Origin: Rhodospirillaceae bacterium
GTDB lineage: Bacteria; Pseudomonadota; Alphaproteobacteria; MPNO01; UBA2964
DNA: 64,000 bases
Reading direction: 5' to 3'
NCBI GenBank assembly: GCA_002720855.1
Contig: PBIN01000014.1
Location: 705,076-769,075 of the forward strand
This document shows positions 8,267-17,177 of this stretch, one piece after another. Made by a program: the position numbers and the translations under genes. The notes beneath the pieces are model-generated. The model saw only the letters and a list, made by a program, of their open reading frames with translations, was not told where the DNA came from and did not search any database. Numbering within the stretch: the first letter of the stretch is position 1; the number at the start of each line of letters is the position of its first letter.

Positions 8267-10333
8267 ATGTTCCGTAACGTCGAACCATTATTGAAACCGA
8301 AATCGATGGCGATTGTGGGAGCCAGTGAAACTGGCGGCGACGGGTGGTCCCGCGTTTTGTTCCACAATATCAAAGACGCAGGTATGCCTCTTAAAGTGTA
8401 TCTGATTAATCCACGCCGTGACGAACTTTGGGATCAAAAAGTATATCCCGATTTCGCGTCTTTGCCTGAACCGGTTGATCACGCAGCGGTAGTTGTTCCC
8501 GGTCGTTTTGTGAATGACGTTATGCGGGACGGCGTTGAAAACGGTTTGAAAGCGGCGACAATTTTTTCCGCTGGTTTTGGAGAAGGCCGTAAACGTCATG
8601 GCGCCGATCGTGGTGAGGAATTAAAGGCACTCATCGAAGAGTCAGGTGTTTCCGTTTGTGGCCCAAATTGCATGGGTACCTTTTCGTTACCGATGGATAT
8701 TCTGCAATATCCCACCAGCAGGCTCCGGAATCTGAAGAAAGGCCCCATCGGTGGTATTTTTCATTCGGGTGGAACGCTTGGCTACTGGTTTGCGCGTGCA
8801 GCGCAACGTGGTCTGGGTTTCTCGTATGCGGTGTCTTGCGGGAACGAGTTTGGGCTCGATTGCGCTGACTATATGAATTTCCTTGTCGACGACCCCGATA
8901 CCGAAATCATCGTCGGCATGTTGGAAAGTATTCGACGACCTCAGGCGTTTATGGCGGCGGCCAAGCGCGCGTTTGAGGCCAAGAAACCTGTCGTCATCGT
9001 CAAGCTCGGCAAAAGCGAGCTTGGGAAGGAACAGGCGAAAACCCATACCGGCGCAGTTGCGGTCGATGATGACGTGTTTATGGCGATGTGCCGTAACTAC
9101 GGCATAACCCGCTGCAACAATTTGGACGATATGGTCGAAATCGTGTTGGCCATGACACAGAAGCGATATCCTGCGGGAAACCGGCTTGCGATCGTAACAT
9201 CGTCTGGTGGGGCCGTTGGTCTTTCCCTGGATGCGGTTGCCGACGAAGATGCGACGCTGGCAAAACTTTCTCCTGAAATTATCGAAAAAATGGAGGCTCA
9301 CGTTCCAGAAGATGTGGATGTTTATAACCCGATGGATGCGGGCACGACTCTGGCAGGAAACGTCGAGAGGTTTTGCGGCCTTTGTAAATTATTCGCGGAT
9401 GAAGATGGTGTCGATATTATAGCGTTGCAGGGTCGGCTGCCGCTGCCAGGTGATCCTGAGACGGCACATCACTATGTCGACCTGAAAGCATATACAGATA
9501 AGCCAGTTCTTGCTTTCGCGCGGATGTCAGAAAATGGCGACGAAAAATACAGAGACTTCCAAGCTGCAGCAGACATTCCATTCCTGTTCGGTATTCCAGC
9601 GACAGTTCGTGCGATGCAGGCGCTCGTCAAATATGCTGATGCACGCAGACGCGGTCTTCCCGAACTCGCAGACGCTTCGGGTGATGAAGTTAATGTTACG
9701 GAAGACAGAATGGCTGATTGTCTTTCCGAGCGGGGGCTCACTGCTCCAGCTCAAACAATCGCCGCGGACCCCGAAAGTGCGTCGGAGGCGGCCGCTCAGA
9801 TTGGCTTTCCGGTGGTGCTCAAAATCGTATCGGATGAAATCAGCCATAAAACGGAAGCTGGCGGCGTAATTCTCAACTTGAAAGATGAAGATGCCGTTCG
9901 AGAAGCTGCAGAGGGCCTGCAGAACAAAATCGGTGCCGAAAAGATCAGTGGGTTTCTGGTCCAAGAGATGGTTGAGGGTCTCGAAATGCTTGTTGGTGTT
10001 CGGGATGATCCCGATTTCGGACCTTTGGTTGTTGTGGGGCTTGGCGGCATATTTGTTGAGCTCATGAAAGACGTTTCCCTTCGCCTTGCGCCAATATCTA
10101 TGGACGATGCAAAGGAAATGCTCGCCGAGCTTCGTGGCGCAAAAGCATTGGAAGGATTTCGTGGGCAAGCACCGAGAGATGTTGACGCTTTGGCCAGCGC
10201 GATCGTCGGGCTTTCGGAATATTTTATAGAGCACAGGACATGGTTATCTGAAATCGAGGTCAATCCGGTGATTGTTCTTGAAGAAGGAAAAGGCGTTCGT
10301 GCGGTTGACGTGCGGCCCGTTCGGAGGGATTAA
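8267..10333 (+). CDS. NDP-forming acyl-CoA synthetase (CoA-binding + ATP-grasp domains; FerA/pimeloyl-CoA synthetase type)
   Basis: 688 aa. N-terminal KSMAIVGASE CoA-binding fold, phospho-His loop AKTHTGAVA, and a C-terminal ATP-grasp (GFPVVLKIVSDEISHKTEAGGV). Confidence 0.85.
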   Translation: MFRNVEPLLKPKSMAIVGASETGGDGWSRVLFHNIKDAGMPLKVYLINPRRDELWDQKVYPDFASLPEPVDHAAVVVPGRFVNDVMRDGVENGLKAATIFSAGFGEGRKRHGADRGEELKALIEESGVSVCGPNCMGTFSLPMDILQYPTSRLRNLKKGPIGGIFHSGGTLGYWFARAAQRGLGFSYAVSCGNEFGLDCADYMNFLVDDPDTEIIVGMLESIRRPQAFMAAAKRAFEAKKPVVIVKLGKSELGKEQAKTHTGAVAVDDDVFMAMCRNYGITRCNNLDDMVEIVLAMTQKRYPAGNRLAIVTSSGGAVGLSLDAVADEDATLAKLSPEIIEKMEAHVPEDVDVYNPMDAGTTLAGNVERFCGLCKLFADEDGVDIIALQGRLPLPGDPETAHHYVDLKAYTDKPVLAFARMSENGDEKYRDFQAAADIPFLFGIPATVRAMQALVKYADARRRGLPELADASGDEVNVTEDRMADCLSERGLTAPAQTIAADPESASEAAAQIGFPVVLKIVSDEISHKTEAGGVILNLKDEDAVREAAEGLQNKIGAEKISGFLVQEMVEGLEMLVGVRDDPDFGPLVVVGLGGIFVELMKDVSLRLAPISMDDAKEMLAELRGAKALEGFRGQAPRDVDALASAIVGLSEYFIEHRTWLSEIEVNPVIVLEEGKGVRAVDVRPVRRD

Positions 10334-10409
10334 GGGAGGAAGCATTTTTACTATTTGGGTGCTGATTAGACAGCGCTTGAGTCCAAATTCTAACTGGGAG
10401 GTTTATTAG

Positions 10410-11366
10410 ATGCTTAAGAAGAAGTTTTCATGCGTGAAAGTTAATCAGCAGAAGGATGGGATTACCTGGGTAATCTTTAACCGTCCTGAAAAACGGAATG
10501 CGATGAGTCCGACATTCCACGCCGAAATGATGGAAATCATGACGGCTTTGGAAACAGATCCGGATACAAAACTCGTTATTCTTACTGGCGAAGGCACAGC
10601 ATATAGCGCTGGTCAGGATCTCAAAGAATATTTCCGCGAGACCGATGGCAACTCAGCAGCTAAAGCTGCGGCGAGCGCCAATAGTCGTTGGCGGAATGAA
10701 AAGCTGTGGATGTACAACAAGCCAACAATTTCGATGGTCAATGGATTTTGCATTGGTGGTGCATTTACGCATTGCATTTGCGCTGATTTCTCAATTGCTG
10801 CCAACGAAGCCATCTTCAGTCTTTCCGAAGTCAATTGGGGCATTCTTCCTGGTGGCATGGTTTCGAAACTGGTTTCTGATACGTTCAGTCCGCGTGACGC
10901 CATGTTCTATGCCTGCACTGGACGTACGTTCAACGGTAAAGAGGCCGCTGCCATGGGTATGGTTAACTATTCCGTTCCCAAGAAGAACCTGCGCCGTGAA
11001 ACGCTCAAACTGGCCAGGGAACTCCTCGAAAAGAACCCGAACGTGTTGCGGGGAACAAAGCATGCAATCCGGGCTACGCAGGATATGACCTGGCGCGCTG
11101 CTGCGGATTATCTCAACGCCAAGGGTGCCGAGATCAAACAACGGGATCAGGCACGTGGCCATGACGCATACGCGGAAGGTATTCGCCAGTTTATCGACGA
11201 AAAAGCTTATCGTCCGGTGTTCTCACCCTATGTTGGGGCCGCGGATGGCAAGACAACCGAGAAAGGTGGAAAACCTCGCGCTTCTGCTGCTCGTAAGAAA
11301 AAGGCTCCGGCTAAGAGAAAGGCGGCAAAAAAGGCCGCGAAAAAAACTGCGCGGAAAAAAAAGTAA
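10410..11366 (+). CDS. enoyl-CoA hydratase/aldolase, HCHL/FerB-like, with a Lys/Ala-rich C-terminal tail
   Basis: GITWVIFNRPEKRNAMSP, AGQDLKEYF, SEVNWG, LLEKNPNVLRGTKHAIR and GIRQFIDEKAYRP motifs. The last 43 aa are GAADGKTTEKGGKPRASAARKKKAPAKRKAAKKAAKKTARKKK. Confidence 0.85.
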   Translation: MLKKKFSCVKVNQQKDGITWVIFNRPEKRNAMSPTFHAEMMEIMTALETDPDTKLVILTGEGTAYSAGQDLKEYFRETDGNSAAKAAASANSRWRNEKLWMYNKPTISMVNGFCIGGAFTHCICADFSIAANEAIFSLSEVNWGILPGGMVSKLVSDTFSPRDAMFYACTGRTFNGKEAAAMGMVNYSVPKKNLRRETLKLARELLEKNPNVLRGTKHAIRATQDMTWRAAADYLNAKGAEIKQRDQARGHDAYAEGIRQFIDEKAYRPVFSPYVGAADGKTTEKGGKPRASAARKKKAPAKRKAAKKAAKKTARKKK

Positions 11367-11393
11367 TTTAGGTCCAGAGTATTGGGCAAAATT

Positions 11394-11422
11394 AAACGGC
11401 GCGGAATGTTTCCGCGCCGTTT
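11394..11422. terminator. bidirectional intrinsic terminator between convergent genes
   Basis: Perfect 13-bp stem AAACGGCGCGGAA / TTCCGCGCCGTTT with a 3-nt loop. The A-run and T-run are built into the arms. Confidence 0.6.
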
Positions 11423-11439
11423 CTAATTTTGCCTCGTAC

Positions 11440-12429
11440 TTATTCACTCCACGAAATAATCGGTGTGAAGTAGTCGTCGATTGGTTCAGCTTTTGCGAGG
11501 AAATGCTGGTCGACCAGGTGTTTCATAAAGGTTTCGAGTGTTTGCCGGTTAGGCTCCACACCATAGGCCCAGGCGTTTGCCCCCATTAGAGCCTGCATTT
11601 CTTCAATTTCGTCATGAAGCCAGGGCAACATGAAGCGCTGTGCACCGGAAAAACGCATTTGTTCAATTGCCCAGCTTTTGGATTGCTCACAGGCCTTGAA
11701 CAGGCTTTCGGCCATCCAGGGGTGTTCGTTGAACAACTCCTCGCGAATTACGAGCGTGTGCATGATGGGATGGATGCCGGTTTTTTGATAATAGGCCTTT
11801 TCCAGTTCCCGATAGTTGGGAAGTAGACGGGCGACGTTCTGTCCATTGTGCAGGGCGTCTGGACGCCGGGCGCCGAAATAGGCATCGATATCCCCTGCCT
11901 CGAGCATTTCATTCAGAGTTTTATCGTTGGGGATAACTGTTATCGACAGGTCTTTTGTTGGCCGGAGGTCCATGTCTTCGTCTTCCGTCCGGGGGGTATT
12001 TACACCTCCTTCGAACCATTTAAGTGTGTTCAGGTCGACGCTGAATTCATCCTGTAATATGCCGCGAACCCAGACCCCCGCTGTTTGCCGATATTCCTGG
12101 ACGCCGACGCGTTTTCCTTCAAGATCCCTGGCGGTCTCAATCCCTGCATTCCGATTAATGAACACAAAGCCATGGCGAAATGCGCGGGATGGGAAAACCG
12201 GGATGGCGACATAAGGAAAATCGCCTCGAATTCTTGATATGAAATAGTGTGCCGTCGACATTTCTGCGACATCGAATGATCTCGTTTTGATCATTCTTGC
12301 AAAAATTTCAGGCGGAGACTGGATTGAAATATAGCGAAGATCGATTCCTTCGGGTTGAACAACACCGGTGCTAAGGGCTTCCATACGGTCATAGGGGCCG
12401 CAAGCCATCGTAATTGGCAGTTTTGCCAC
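11440..12429 (-). CDS. 4,5-dihydroxyphthalate decarboxylase-like protein (periplasmic-binding-protein-like fold)
   Basis: AKLPITMACGPYDR, FDVAEMS, PYVAIPVFPSRAFRH and KRVGVQEYRQTAGVWVRG resemble this decarboxylase family as I recall it. GTG start 8 nt after GGAGG. Confidence 0.65.
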   Translation of the reverse strand: MAKLPITMACGPYDRMEALSTGVVQPEGIDLRYISIQSPPEIFARMIKTRSFDVAEMSTAHYFISRIRGDFPYVAIPVFPSRAFRHGFVFINRNAGIETARDLEGKRVGVQEYRQTAGVWVRGILQDEFSVDLNTLKWFEGGVNTPRTEDEDMDLRPTKDLSITVIPNDKTLNEMLEAGDIDAYFGARRPDALHNGQNVARLLPNYRELEKAYYQKTGIHPIMHTLVIREELFNEHPWMAESLFKACEQSKSWAIEQMRFSGAQRFMLPWLHDEIEEMQALMGANAWAYGVEPNRQTLETFMKHLVDQHFLAKAEPIDDYFTPIISWSE

Positions 12430-12610
12430 GCTAAATTCCTCCCACTGAATTTTTCGACAACGATCAGCCAGTCAAAATGAAATCTGTAACGAGCCTAGAG
12501 ACGCCCGAAATCGAGTCAAGGGTGCCCACCGAATTAGCGCACGGCAATGTGATTGGGTTTTGAGGTCGGTAATGCCCACTATTGGTGTCTGTGAGCAAGG
12601 CCACTAACTT

Positions 12611-12865
12611 ATGATTGAGCGAGAGATTTACACGATGTCCCCCAATCAATGCAGAGCTGCACGCGGCCTATTAAAATGGACACAGCCGCGTCTCGCGAGT
12701 GAGTCAGGCGTCGGCTTGTCAACGATCAACCGATATGAAAATGAAACCCGGCCGCCGCGTAAAACGGCTATCCAGCGGTTGCAAACTGCTTTGGAAGGCG
12801 CCGGCGTTGAGTTTTTATTCGATGACGGGTCAAAGGGTGTCGGCGTTCGACTGCGCAAAAGCTAA
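12611..12865 (+). CDS. XRE-family helix-turn-helix transcriptional regulator
   Basis: QCRAARGLLKWTQPRLASESGVGLSTINRYENE is a typical HTH_3. An alternative start at ATG 12635 (MSPNQ) is equally plausible. Confidence 0.7.
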   Translation: MIEREIYTMSPNQCRAARGLLKWTQPRLASESGVGLSTINRYENETRPPRKTAIQRLQTALEGAGVEFLFDDGSKGVGVRLRKS

Positions 12866-12866
12866 G

Positions 12867-13127
12867 TCAGTTATTCTGATCTTTTGAGGTTGGCGATGAT
12901 GGGGGTAAATCAAGCTCCTCATCATCATACCCCTTTCGACTGCTGTAAAAAACGAGGAACATTAAACCTGCACCCAAAGCAAAAGTGACTGTTACGCCGA
13001 TAGCAAGAGCGATCTTTCCATGGGTTGAAATTTCTACATCACTGATCCCTATCCAGGTTTCGTACGCTGCGTAACCCGCACCTCCCAAGAGAGCGATTAG
13101 AAAAACGATGACAAATAGGGCACGCAT
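12867..13127 (-). CDS. small two-TM membrane protein, hypothetical
   Basis: MRALFVIVFLIALLGGAGYAAY... and a second hydrophobic segment. Start placed at ATG 13127 so that it does not overlap leuD; the ORF track extends to 13172. Confidence 0.5.
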   Translation of the reverse strand: MRALFVIVFLIALLGGAGYAAYETWIGISDVEISTHGKIALAIGVTVTFALGAGLMFLVFYSSRKGYDDEELDLPPSSPTSKDQNN

Positions 13128-13144
13128 AAATTCGATCCGATACT

Positions 13145-13768
13145 TCAACTCACTTTGGCGCTCGCTTCCCATGGGGTTGAAGCGCTATACCTCTCTTCAA
13201 ATTTGGTGATCTCATGCTCGTGCTGCAACGTATATCCGACAGCATCTAAACCATTAAGGAGGCGGTGTCGTCGGTGGGCGTCAATTTCAAAATGATAAAC
13301 GGCTTGATCCGGGCCGGTGACGGTTTGGGCTTCCAAATCCACGGAGATTTCGGCACGGGGACCTTCCCGGAGTTGTTGTCTTAGTTTTAGAACGGTTTCA
13401 TCAGGTAAGGTTACAGGAAGCAGTCCATTATTGAATGAATTGTTGTAAAAAATATCGCCAAAACTGGTAGCAATTATGGCTCTAAAACCCGCGTCAACGA
13501 GGGTAAATACCGCGCCTTCGCGGGATGAGCCGCATCCAAAATTGTGCCCCGCAACAATGATCCTGGACTCTCGAAACCCCGCTTTGTTGAGCACAAACGT
13601 CTCGATCTCATTGCCGTCGTTGTCGAGCCGAAGATCTTTGAAAACGTATCCGCCATAGCGCTCGTCACGTGGCATCATGAGATGGCGAGCCGGTAATATT
13701 TGATCAGTGTCGATGTTGTCCTGATCCATCGGAGCTGCCACGGCTGTGAAACAAGTGAATGGTTCCAT
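13145..13768 (-). CDS. leuD: 3-isopropylmalate dehydratase small subunit
   Basis: NIDTDQILPARHL and GHNFGCGSSREGA motifs. The start overlaps the leuC stop (TGATG). Confidence 0.9.
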   Translation of the reverse strand: MEPFTCFTAVAAPMDQDNIDTDQILPARHLMMPRDERYGGYVFKDLRLDNDGNEIETFVLNKAGFRESRIIVAGHNFGCGSSREGAVFTLVDAGFRAIIATSFGDIFYNNSFNNGLLPVTLPDETVLKLRQQLREGPRAEISVDLEAQTVTGPDQAVYHFEIDAHRRHRLLNGLDAVGYTLQHEHEITKFEERYSASTPWEASAKVS

Positions 13769-15177
13769 CAGGGGGTCTCCATTTCCCGAACATCGGTAAA
13801 ATGACCCGTCACTGCGGCGGCAGCGGCCATTGCAGGGCTAACCAAATGGGTACGTGCACCGCGCCCTTGCCGACCTTCAAAATTTCTATTCGATGTCGAA
13901 GCGCATCGTTCCTGACTCTCAACAAAATCTCCATTCACACCGATGCACATCGAACAACCGGCTTCCGGCCGCCAATCGACCCCAGCGGCCTCAAATACCT
14001 TATGCAGACCCTCCTGCTCGGCTTGGGCTCTGATTAATCCCGACCCGGGTACAATTATCGCCGGGATACGTGCCGTCCTTCCTTCCAGTACACGGGCGGC
14101 ATCGCGTAAGTCTTCGATACGGCTATTGGTACATGAGCCAATGAAAACGCGATCAACCTTGATATCCTCAATCGCTTGTCCGGCATGCAGCCCCATATAT
14201 TCCATTTTGCGCTGCATTGCCGCCTGGCGCTTTGGGTCAATTTCTGCTTGCGGATCGGGCAACGAACTGCACACAGGCAGGACGTCCTCAGGGCTCGTAC
14301 CCCAAGTGACCATGGGTTGGATATCTTTGGCTGCTAACGTCGCTTCATTATCAAATTCAGCATCGTCATCGCTTGTCAACGATCGCCAGTAATCTTCCGC
14401 CGCGGACCAGTCCTCCTCACCTGGTGCATAGGGTCTACCTCTTAGGTATCGGTAGGTCGTTTCGTCTGGCGCAATCATGCCGGCTCGGGCGCCCGCTTCA
14501 ATTGACATATTGCAAACGGTGAGACGTTCCTCGACGGTGAGTTCCTGAATTGCCTGTCCAGCATATTCGATTGCATGCCCAGTTCCTCCCGCTGCACCGA
14601 TATGGCCGATTATCGCCAGGATAACGTCTTTGGCCGTCACTCCTGCAGGACGAGAGCCCGTAACATTTACGCGCATCGATTTGGGCTTTGGTTGCCACAG
14701 GGTCTGAGTTGCGAGGACATGACTTACATCGGAGGCGCCGATCCCGAATGCCAATGCACCAAGTGCGCCGTGGGTTGAGGTATGGGAATCGCCACATACA
14801 ACAATCATTCCCGGTTGTGTAATGCCTTGTTCGGGGCCGACGACGTGAATGATTCCCCGCCTTTCATCATCCAAATCGAAGAGGTTTATTTCGTTCCGCT
14901 TTGCGTTATTGACGAGGTTGGCGACCAAAGCACGCGTATCCTCATCGACATAGTCGGAGTTGTTCAGGCCAGTAGTCGGTGTGTAGTGATCCGGAATAGC
15001 GAATGTGCGTTCGGGGTGCCGGACGCGTCGATCGTTGCCGTGAAGCATATTGAACGCATGGAAGGAGAGCTCATGACAAAAATGACGGTCTATGAATAGA
15101 AGTGTTTGACCGGCTTCATTGGTGGTTATGGTATGGCTATCCCAAATCTTTTCGAAAAGTGATCGCGCTGATCCCAT
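13768..15177 (-). CDS. leuC: 3-isopropylmalate dehydratase large subunit
   Basis: 469 aa. LFEKIWDSH, VCGDSHTSTHGA, IGSCTNSRIEDL and CSMCIG aconitase-family Fe-S ligand motifs. Confidence 0.95.
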   Translation of the reverse strand: MGSARSLFEKIWDSHTITTNEAGQTLLFIDRHFCHELSFHAFNMLHGNDRRVRHPERTFAIPDHYTPTTGLNNSDYVDEDTRALVANLVNNAKRNEINLFDLDDERRGIIHVVGPEQGITQPGMIVVCGDSHTSTHGALGALAFGIGASDVSHVLATQTLWQPKPKSMRVNVTGSRPAGVTAKDVILAIIGHIGAAGGTGHAIEYAGQAIQELTVEERLTVCNMSIEAGARAGMIAPDETTYRYLRGRPYAPGEEDWSAAEDYWRSLTSDDDAEFDNEATLAAKDIQPMVTWGTSPEDVLPVCSSLPDPQAEIDPKRQAAMQRKMEYMGLHAGQAIEDIKVDRVFIGSCTNSRIEDLRDAARVLEGRTARIPAIIVPGSGLIRAQAEQEGLHKVFEAAGVDWRPEAGCSMCIGVNGDFVESQERCASTSNRNFEGRQGRGARTHLVSPAMAAAAAVTGHFTDVREMETP

Positions 15178-15244
15178 CGGAGCATCCCCAGAATCGTAGG
15201 TGGGGAAACTGTATCATATGGGAGTTGTTGCGTCCTGCGACCTA

Positions 15245-15850
15245 TTATCCGCCGGGTTTTTCTTTGGATTTTTCGACGGGTAGGGCATGGCGTTGCATTA
15301 GCCCTGCCTGAGCAACTGCAAAGATCAAGGTCAAAATCATCAACCCAAAGACCTTGAAAGATACCCAGAAATCGGTGCTTTGCGTACGCCAAACGATTTC
15401 GTTGAGCACTGCCATCGATGCGAAGAACCAGGCGAAGCGAATGGTGAGCTTATGCCAACCGATATCGTCCATGGGCCAGGCAGCGGACATTAGCGGTTTT
15501 AGTAGGGGTTTTTTAAACAAAAGCCCGCCAAACAAGATAATGGAAAACAAAGCCTCAACGATCGTCGGCTTCATTTTTATAAACGTCTCGTCCTGAAGCC
15601 ATAGAGTCAGGCCACCAAATATCCCAACAATAACCGCTGTAATAAGGGGCATCATCGGTACGCGTTTGGCCACAATCAGTGAGACAGCTAACGCGATTGC
15701 CGTGGCGATCATTAGGGCTGCAGTTGCTGCAAGTAAAGAAGTCCCATCATCGGACTTTGGTCCAAAGAGATAGGCGATAAAGAAAACAGCCAGTGGAGCG
15801 TAGTCTACTGTTGGTTTTAACCAGGCAGGCTCTGCTTTTTTATCAGTCAT
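15245..15850 (-). CDS. yciB: inner-membrane septation protein A (YciB/IspZ family)
   Basis: 201 aa, five hydrophobic segments, VDYAPLAVFFIAYL N-terminus typical of YciB. Confidence 0.8.
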   Translation of the reverse strand: MTDKKAEPAWLKPTVDYAPLAVFFIAYLFGPKSDDGTSLLAATAALMIATAIALAVSLIVAKRVPMMPLITAVIVGIFGGLTLWLQDETFIKMKPTIVEALFSIILFGGLLFKKPLLKPLMSAAWPMDDIGWHKLTIRFAWFFASMAVLNEIVWRTQSTDFWVSFKVFGLMILTLIFAVAQAGLMQRHALPVEKSKEKPGG

Positions 15851-16020
15851 ATAAGTTCCCGAAAAATTTTCGCGCGCGGATAGTAGTGTCCGATGTATTT
15901 AAGAGCAATGAACGAATATTAAAGGTGTTGCCTCGTTGACTGGCTCGCGGTGGCAAATTACCGTTTAGCTTTATGAAACAGCACACTTAACAGACCGTTA
16001 TCATAATTTGGGAGGGCCAG

Positions 16021-16722
16021 ATGGTTGAATACACAGAAGTGCAAGTCGACGGAAATCCTATGCGCATTGCATTTTCGGTTCCCGAAGGTGACGGTCAACA
16101 TCCCGCGGTGGTCGTCATGTACCATCGCGGGGGTTACGACGATTTTACGCTTAAGGTTTGTGAAGATCTGGCTTCAGCAGGTTTTCTGGCCGCATCTATG
16201 GATCTTTATCATTGGCCACCCTTACTGGAACCGCCGCAGGAAAATCCATTTCCCAAAGATCCAGAGATTATAAAAGACGTTTCCGCGACGGTGGATTGGC
16301 TCGCAGACCGTGGTGATGTCGACATGACTAAACTCGGAATACTCGGACATTGCATGGGCGGCAGAATGGCTTTGCTCGGTGCTGCAACCCATGACGTTTT
16401 TAAGGCCTGTGTACCTTACTATCCCGGAAATATGTTCAAACCCTGGAGCGATGATGGCCCAACGCCGTTTGAATTGTTAGGCGGAATAAAAGGTACTGTG
16501 CTCGGTTTTTTCGGAAACGATGATCAGAACCCGTCCCCAGAGGATCGAGAAAAAATCTCGGCAGAGCTTACGCGGCTAGGCGTCGGGCATGAGTTCCACG
16601 GATATGATGGTGCTGGTCACGCGTTCCAGAACTTTCTGGCACCTGAACGCCATAGACCTGAAGCAACCGAGGACTCATGGGGTAAGACAATTCTCTACCT
16701 CCAGGACACTTTAAACGGGTAG
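16021..16722 (+). CDS. dienelactone hydrolase family protein
   Basis: GILGHCMGG nucleophile elbow (Cys type), and DGAGHAF near the C-terminus. Confidence 0.85.
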   Translation: MVEYTEVQVDGNPMRIAFSVPEGDGQHPAVVVMYHRGGYDDFTLKVCEDLASAGFLAASMDLYHWPPLLEPPQENPFPKDPEIIKDVSATVDWLADRGDVDMTKLGILGHCMGGRMALLGAATHDVFKACVPYYPGNMFKPWSDDGPTPFELLGGIKGTVLGFFGNDDQNPSPEDREKISAELTRLGVGHEFHGYDGAGHAFQNFLAPERHRPEATEDSWGKTILYLQDTLNG

Positions 16723-17165
16723 TGGTGCACCAGTTCGTGAGAAAAGAAGTTCAGTGGTTGGTATTTGCGCTTGTCGCCATGAATACCAGTTTAACTGCCA
16801 ATGCGGCGACGCTGTTGATTGAAGTCAAAGGTCTGCGTTCAGGAAAAGGCGACGTACATTTTGCCGTTTATAATAAGCCAAATCACTTTCCCACCCGAAA
16901 TGGCAAGGTGGCTTATGGAAATGTTCCTGCCAAAGCGGAGGGTGTCGTTATCCCTGTGAAGGGATTGGAAAAGGGAACTTACGCCATTGCCGTTTTTCAT
17001 GACGAGAACCGAAATGATGAGTTTGATCAAGGTTTGTTAGGCATCCCTTTGGAAGATTACGGGTTTAGCAATAATGCTACAGGGTTTCTCGGACCTCCTT
17101 CATTCAAAGACGCGGCCGTTAAGCTGCAAGCTGACTGGGTCCGAACTGTTATCAGGCTAGACTAA
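16722..17165 (+). CDS. DUF2141 domain-containing secreted protein
   Basis: Signal peptide ending in TANA. VFHDENRNDEFDQGLLGIPLEDYGFSNN matches the DUF2141 signature. The GTG start overlaps the upstream stop (TAGTG). Confidence 0.75.
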   Translation: MVHQFVRKEVQWLVFALVAMNTSLTANAATLLIEVKGLRSGKGDVHFAVYNKPNHFPTRNGKVAYGNVPAKAEGVVIPVKGLEKGTYAIAVFHDENRNDEFDQGLLGIPLEDYGFSNNATGFLGPPSFKDAAVKLQADWVRTVIRLD

Positions 17166-17177
17166 AGAGAATTCAGC

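Noticed and set aside
8687-10263. Long reverse-strand ORFs inside the acyl-CoA synthetase gene (8687..9301, 9527..10234, 9796..10263)
   Set aside because: They lie entirely antisense to a gene with clear family motifs along its full length. Their products are low-complexity, Arg/Ser/Cys-rich strings with no motifs. These are typical shadow ORFs.
11125-11589. 154-aa plus-strand ORF bridging the HCHL-like gene's tail, the terminator and the decarboxylase-like gene
   Set aside because: It runs out of frame through two supported genes and across a strong bidirectional terminator hairpin.
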